From: Selaginella moellendorffii
Taxonomy: Eukaryota; Plantae; Lycopodiophyta
Direction: 5' to 3'
Assembly (NCBI RefSeq): GCF_000143415.4
Contig: NW_003314439.1
Span: forward strand, 80,186 to 144,185
Length of the DNA stretch: 64,000 nucleotides
Shown here: positions 57,715-64,000 of the stretch, piece by piece
Numbering within the stretch: position 1 is the stretch's first letter
Layout of the letters: each line of letters opens with the position of its first letter
Program-made: the position numbers and the translations under genes
The notes under the pieces: generated by a model
The model's input: only the letters and a program-made list of their open reading frames with translations
The model's database searches: none
Told to the model about the DNA's origin: nothing

Positions 57715-59803
57715 TGGGCCTCCAAGGGCTATGGTGTCCAGCCAATCTTGATGGATCAATCAGTATCAAATTTTAGTTCACAAGCACTCCTTTGCATAGG
57801 GCCACATAGTCTAGACCATTCCCTCATAGCACTTGAACACTATTAGTCGTGATGGGTGATCCTGGGGTGAGAGGGTGGGCCCCATATGCATATTGGAGTA
57901 CAAGTATAACACAGTCTATGCATTGTACTTCATTCGACTGATGAGACTATGTTGCTCTAGGCTATCACCGTCTATTATGAGATGTTTGGTTGGCCCTTCA
58001 TCATGTCCATGTCAGTTGACACCTAGAAAGTCGATTGGATCAGGAGAGATGAACCCCCGACCGGGTTCATGCAGCTTGGAATTGAAACCCCCAACCAATG
58101 ATGATATAGTAGACCCCGCCTTTCTACACAGACACCAAACACTCAAAAACCACCAAAGCCCCATAGCAAGGAGGTCGATGCCAGGCCTTGGGGGACACCA
58201 CATCATCTCTAACACCCCTCGAGGCACACCACCTACAAGAATGCCCCATATTCCTTGCCCAAGCCCTGAACCCCCCTGGCGGTTCGATCAGGGAGGGGGG
58301 ACCAAACTGGGTCATGCACACAGCAGTGCTCCATGGGTAGACCATCAACGAACCCCTAGGCCATTGTGCTGTAGAGAGTGGCGTGGGAGACCGTGTGGCT
58401 GCCATCCTAAACCCTACCAGTCCATTGCCCTAGGCTTGGTCTCTACCTGCTAGACTGATCATATCGATATCTCTATCAATATACCCCATCATGGTCAGTG
58501 GGTCCACTACCTCCTGTAGCACATCCAATCCCACAGTTGCTCCCCACATACTGATAGGCTCTCAGTTGGAACATGTCAGGTCCAATATCAGGTGCGCTAC
58601 ATTTGGTATCAGAGGGATTGTCTCAGCGATACCTATCCAACTTTTGTCAGATTTTCTGACTCAAGTTGCATACGCAGAGACTTTTCTAGTAAATCCGAAG
58701 CGACCTGTGTAGGATTAGTTGGATAGCACCATTCAGTAAGAATGTTGTATGCATGTTCAGTTACTGATAGAGGCATGCATGCAGCTAGCAGGATGGTGAA
58801 GAGGAACCGTGCTAATGACGCTGAAACCTTTAGACGGGAGAATCGAGAAGAGGAAACTCTTGCTAGAGATGCTGTGAAAGAGGCTGAGGCTGAGTCGGAA
58901 GAGGAAGAGCCAGATGCTGCGGCATTGCAGCGTATGGCTCAAGAAGTCAAGATCGAGAATTTGCGAAGGGAGATTCGCAAATTGAAGAAGGAGAATAAGA
59001 AGAGGAAGAAAGAAGCTGAGGTAGCTAAACCAGCTAAGCCTAAGCAACTGGACTCCTCTTCAAGTTCTGAGGACGATGAAGTTCTGCAGCCGCCCCCGGT
59101 TGCACGAGTTTCAAAGTTCAAACCTCCGAAACCACCCAATTTTAGAGGCATACAGGACTATCAAGTTTGGAAGATTGGGTCTACGATATGGAGAACTACT
59201 TCATAGCGGCAGACGTAGATGATCGTACGAAAGTTGTGTGTGCACAATCCTTTCTCACTAATCATGCCAAAACTTGGTGGTGCTAGGTGTGTGCTAAAAA
59301 AGGGCAGACTAGAAGTTGGACCAAGATGTGGTTTTGTATCCGTAAGGAATACTTGCCGGATGATTTTGGTCTGAGACTTTGTGCGGAGCTGTGGCGGTTA
59401 AAGCAACGAGGGGATCTTATGCATTACATTAATGCGTTTGCTTAGAAGCATATTATGATTAGTGACGAAGATGCTCGAAGTTATTTTCTGGAGGGTTTAA
59501 GTTCACTTTCTCGTGATGAGATTTTGAAGTTTAAGCCGAAGACGTACCTGGAGTGCAAGGAGGCAGCGCAGCAAGTTGCCTTCAGTCACTCGCTCATGGA
59601 ACAATATCAGCAATCATATGCTGGTAACTCGGATAAGAATAAAAATTCTAGGAATAAACAAGGTGATCCGAAACAGAGGGTGGAAGGCAGGTTCCGCTCT
59701 GGAGGCTCACAAGCAACGGTTAACAAAGGTGGTGGTGGTTGGAGACCACCAGCAGCTTCTTCTAGTCCTAGGCCCTCTGTTCCTCCTCCTGGTGGGTACA
59801 AGC
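57715..59803 (+). mobile_element. Decayed gag-bearing LTR element (family C): partial LTR, PBS, broken gag
   Basis: LTR end ...caggtgcgctaca at 58600 followed by tttggtatcagag; gag-like peptides (KPPNFRG, VYDMENYF, AQSFLTNHAKTWW, YFLEGLS) with a frameshift and stops; left LTR boundary not visible. Confidence 0.7.
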
Positions 59804-62800
59804 TGTCAAGACCCCCAACAAGATCAAGACTGGAAAATGCTAAAGACAAAGAGAAAAAGCTAGTGAAAACAAAGAAGAGGCCTTAGACTGGTGTTGATTC
59901 AGATTGTGGAGAAATGGAACAAGGCTAACCTATATATACTATAGGTTGATGAAGCTCCACCACTCTTGGATCGAGGACGGCCTAAATACAGCTGAGGTCG
60001 AGGAGGCGCCACATCATCATCAGGAATGTGACTCGAGACTCAGGAATCGGGAAGTGTCTCGAGAGTCAGGAATAGGGAAGTGTCTCGAGAGTCAGGAATG
60101 TGGTCTGCAGGTCAGGAATCCGGCGAGAGTCAGGAATGTGGCAAGAATTGGGGGATTCCTGACAGCACCCCCTCCTCAAGAACGAGTGGAACGAGGATGT
60201 GAACGAGAACAAAGAGGAGGATGAGATGAGTGGCGAGGGATGGGAGATGGAGTTGTGGATTTCCTGAAGGTTGGAGATAAATGATTCAGAGCGGGGATTT
60301 GAACGAGAGGATTCAGATGGAGAAGGAAGTGAGAGATTGAATCGGGGATTTCGGCCAGAGTTCGCAAAGAAGGGGGAAACTCGAAGAGAGGAGTGAACAG
60401 AGTTGTTATAGGAGAACTCAGCAAGGGGAAGGATATCGAACCAGTTATCCTGATGATAGTTGATGAAGCACCTCAAGAATTGTTCCAACGTCTGAATCGT
60501 TCGCTCGGACTGCCCATCAGTTTGAGGATGATATGCCGAAGAGAGGTTGGCCTTCACTCCAAGCAGCTGCAAAAACCGTTGCCAGAAATGAGAGATGAAC
60601 TGAGGCCCCCGATCCGAAACCACATCTGTAGGAATCCCATGAAGTCGGAAAATTTCCCTGAATACCAGTTTTGCCATGTCCTCGCCCGAAAACTCCTTGG
60701 TACATGGCAAGAAGTGCGCCATCTTTGTGAAGCGATCCACCACGACTAAAATGCTGTTGAAGCCTCCAGAACTCGGAAGATCACTCAAGAAATCCATGGA
60801 GATGGATTCCCAAGGACCTGAAGGGACCGGAAGGGAACGAAGCAAACCTGAAGGAAGGTGGCGAGGTACCTTATTCCGGGCACAAGTGTCACAGGAGGTA
60901 ACAAAAGCTTTGATGTAGTCGTCCATGTGAGGCCACCAAAAGTCCCGTGCAACTAGCTCATAGGTTTTTGCAATGCCGAAGTGACCAGCAGTCGGGCTAT
61001 CGTGGCACGCCATCAGGATCAACCTTCGAGCATCACCTTCAGGAACGTAAAGCTGCTCCCCACGGTACAATAAGCCATCTAAGAACTCGAACTCGTCAAA
61101 TCGCCGGCAGTCGGGAGTCACTGGGTGTCCAGCCTGAAGATGGGGAAAAATGTCGCTAGCAAGATCATCGGATTGAAGATCGTTTCTGATTGCATCCATC
61201 AAGGAGGAGTCCTGAGGGGCCAGGGAAATTGCCATAACTTGAAGTCGATCAGGACCGAGGATAACTTGATCCTGTTGATCGAAGGCAGGATTACCAGGCC
61301 TGAGACTGAGATAGGAGCGCCTTGAAAGAGCATCAGGAAGGCCTTGAAACTTTCCAGGTCTGTACTTGATAACAAAGTCAAACCGACTCAGGAATTGTGC
61401 CCACCTTGCTTGACGACGGCTTAAAACTCGGGAAGTGGCAAAGTACTCGAGATTTTTGTGATCCGTCCAGACTGTTGTTTGATGGCTCGCCCCCTCCAAG
61501 AAACGGCGCCACTCTCCAAAGGAATCCACGATGGCAAGAAGCTCCTTGTCGTGGATTTCGTAATTGATCTCCGCAGGCTGGAATTTCCGAGAATGGAAAG
61601 CGACCGGATGAAGTTCGTGATCCGCTCCGAGTTGAGATAGCACAACACCAATGGCAAAGTCGGAGGCGTCAGCCTCGATGAAGAAAGGTTGTGAGGAATC
61701 AGCATGGATCAAGACAGGAGCAGAACTGAATGCCGCCTTGAGTGTGTCGAAGGCCTGCTGGGCAGCAGCAGACCAAGAGAAGGGAACATCCTTGCGAGTG
61801 AGATGTGTGAGAGGAAGGACAATGTCAGAGTAGTGATCAATGAATTTGCGGTAGAAGTTGGCGAAGCCAAGGAAAACCTGAACGTCTGACATTGATTGTG
61901 AAGGCTCCCATTCGAGAATAGTCTTGACTTTAGCAGGATCCATCGTGATACCCTCAGGAGTGACAATGTACCTAAGGAACTCCACAGACTGCTGATCAAA
62001 GGAACATTTCTCAAGCTTCGCGTATAGGCCGTGTTCTCGCAGCTTCGCTAGCACCTTGCGAACATGTTCGTCATGCTCCTCCTGAGTTTTTGAGTAGATG
62101 AGGATGTCATCGAGGTAGACGATCACCATCTGATCAAGAAACTCCCGAAAAACGTCGTTTGCCATGTGTTGGAAAACCGCTGGAGCATTTGTCAAGCCAA
62201 ATGGCATGACAGTGTACTCGAAGTGGCCATAGCGGGTTCAGAACGCAGTCTTCCATTCATCACCAGGCCGGATCCGGATCAGGTTGTATGCTCCACGGAG
62301 GTCGATCTTGGTGAAGAAGCGGGCACCGCCGAGACGTTCCAACAGGTCCGAGATCAGGGGCAGCGGATAACAGTTCCGAACAGTCACCTTGTTCAAACCT
62401 CGGTAGTCGATGACTAGCCGCAAGCTCCCATCCTTCTTCTTGACAAAGAAGACAGGCGCTCCAGCCGGGGACTGCGAATGCTGAATGTAGCCCGAGGCAA
62501 GGTTCTCATCCACGTACTCTTTGAGGGCCTTAAGCTCGGACGGGGATAACCCGTAGATAGGCCCCCACGGAGGTGACGCTCCTTCCTGTAAATCAATGGG
62601 ACAATCATAAGGCCGATGAACAGGCAGTACACTAGCTTTTTTCTTGTCAAACACATCCCCAAAATCATGATACTTCTCAGGAAGACTGACAGGAGAAACA
62701 TGCAAAGCAAAAAGAAAAAGAGGTTCTTCATGAAGGAGTTCTTTCATAGTGATTGTGGAGATAGGAGGAGGGGTACGACTAAATGGAATGATGAGACGAG

Positions 62801-64000
62801 GATACTGTCCAGTGTAAGATGGAAGAGAGGAAAAAGAAGAGGATGAAAACTGCGTAGAGTCAGGAACAGAACCCCGACTTGAGTTTAGGGAACTTTTCCT
62901 GATTCGGACTCGATGAACACCAGGGGAAACCGTGGGAGATGGTGATGTGGGAGAGATGAGCTGTAAGTCCTTCCAACAAATCTGAGGCTGATGTAGTTGG
63001 AACCAAGGAAGACCGAGCACCACAGAGGAAGACTTGCTGTTGATGATGTTGAAGGCGATATCGGTGACGGTGGACCCGATGTGTACTCGAACGGGCAACG
63101 TTTCCCTAAGTCCAGAAGATGGAGACACAAAATGCCCGCCGATGCCTTCAACCCTCAGATCCCGTATGGTAGGAGAAAGAGGAACGTGATGTCGCGCAGC
63201 AAAGTCCGTGTCCATGAAGCAGGAAGTTGCACCCGAGTCCAGTAGTGCCAAAGCCTTGAGTCCTGATTGTCCGGTGAAAGAAAGGAGACATGGGACGCGG
63301 AAGTTGCGGGAATTGGTGGTGGCTTTGATGAAAGGTGGTGAGGAGCTTGATAAGGAAGAAAAGTGATTTTTATTTGGGGAGTCCAAACAGACAGCTCCTA
63401 CTCTGTTTGGATAGGGTCGTTTCCCGACTGCAACAGTGGTGGACTTTGAGGCAGAGTGAACTCGAGCAATCGGGGAGGCTTCCTCAGACACACAGCTACT
63501 TTGTGATTAGGATCAGCACAGTAGAGGCAAAGATTATGAGATATTTGACGTTGCCTCTCAGCAGGACTCAACTTCCCTCTAATGAGTCGGGGAGTACCAG
63601 AAATATCCATCGGGACCGGAGCAGTAGGTTCAGGACTATGCCCCGAAGACTCAAGCTGGGATTCCTGAGTCTGGGACGGAAAAATAGCGGCGCGGCGACT
63701 TTCCTGACGACGTTCAAAGAGACGATTGTCACATCGAACAGCTTTGTTGATGGTGTCCGACAGGTCCTTGGGATCCTCCATGGTGAGCAACAAATCCTTG
63801 ACACCGTTGTTGAGGCCGAAACGAAATTGGTCAATCAGGGCCCGCTCATCCCACTGAGTGTCCAAGGCAAGGAGTTGGAACTCTGCAGCGTAGATCGAGG
63901 CAGGACGAGACCCCTGAGAGAGACGTCTCATCTTTGTGGTAGCAGCCCGAACCCGATCCGTCTCGCCAAAACATGCTTACAGCTTCTCTTTGAACAATTG
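59804..64000 (-). mobile_element. Ty3/Gypsy LTR retrotransposon (Tcn1/Tf-like appearance), defective, continuing beyond the window
   Basis: 3' LTR 59804-60164 (TGTCA termini), PPT gaggagggggtgc; gag ([14 protein letters not shown]), protease [14 protein letters not shown], RNase H EADASD, integrase in Gypsy order; in-frame TGA at 62238-62240. Confidence 0.92.

Noticed and set aside
63375-63411. H-type pseudoknot at the frameshift site (loop GGAG with downstream CTCC)
   Set aside because: CTCC directly abuts the stem, leaving no connecting loop; only the stem-loop is supported.

Overview
Eukaryotic land-plant nuclear DNA, not prokaryotic. The gene-dense left part (~1-45 kb) has very short GT-AG introns (~45-70 nt), tiny intergenic spacers and many PLS-class PPR genes; this points to a Selaginella-like lycophyte (inference). 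Recognisable genes: PAC1-like chaperone, CXE carboxylesterase, tRNA-Ser(GCT), WW/FNBP4-like protein, three PPR genes (one with DYW), SABATH methyltransferase, CONSTANS-like, Pur-alpha, SMC2, an orphan secreted protein with a bulb-type lectin domain, PRD2/MPS1, a fibrillin-like protein, a WAK-like kinase, and an intronless microbial-type 2OG-Fe(II) oxygenase gene split by a very young Copia element with 140-bp LTRs. The right part (~45.4-64 kb) is a repeat island: a deleted tRNA-Trp, a mitochondrial 26S rRNA-derived NUMT, a three-level retroelement nest (old LTR of family A > 673-bp TRIM > young 7.8-kb non-coding LARD of the same family A, which carries tRNA-like pieces), a decayed gag-bearing element sharing the TRIM's LTR terminus, and a Ty3/Gypsy element with a G_GGA_AAC -1 frameshift signal inserted into that gag. 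All calls come from manual reading; exon boundaries and family names need database confirmation.
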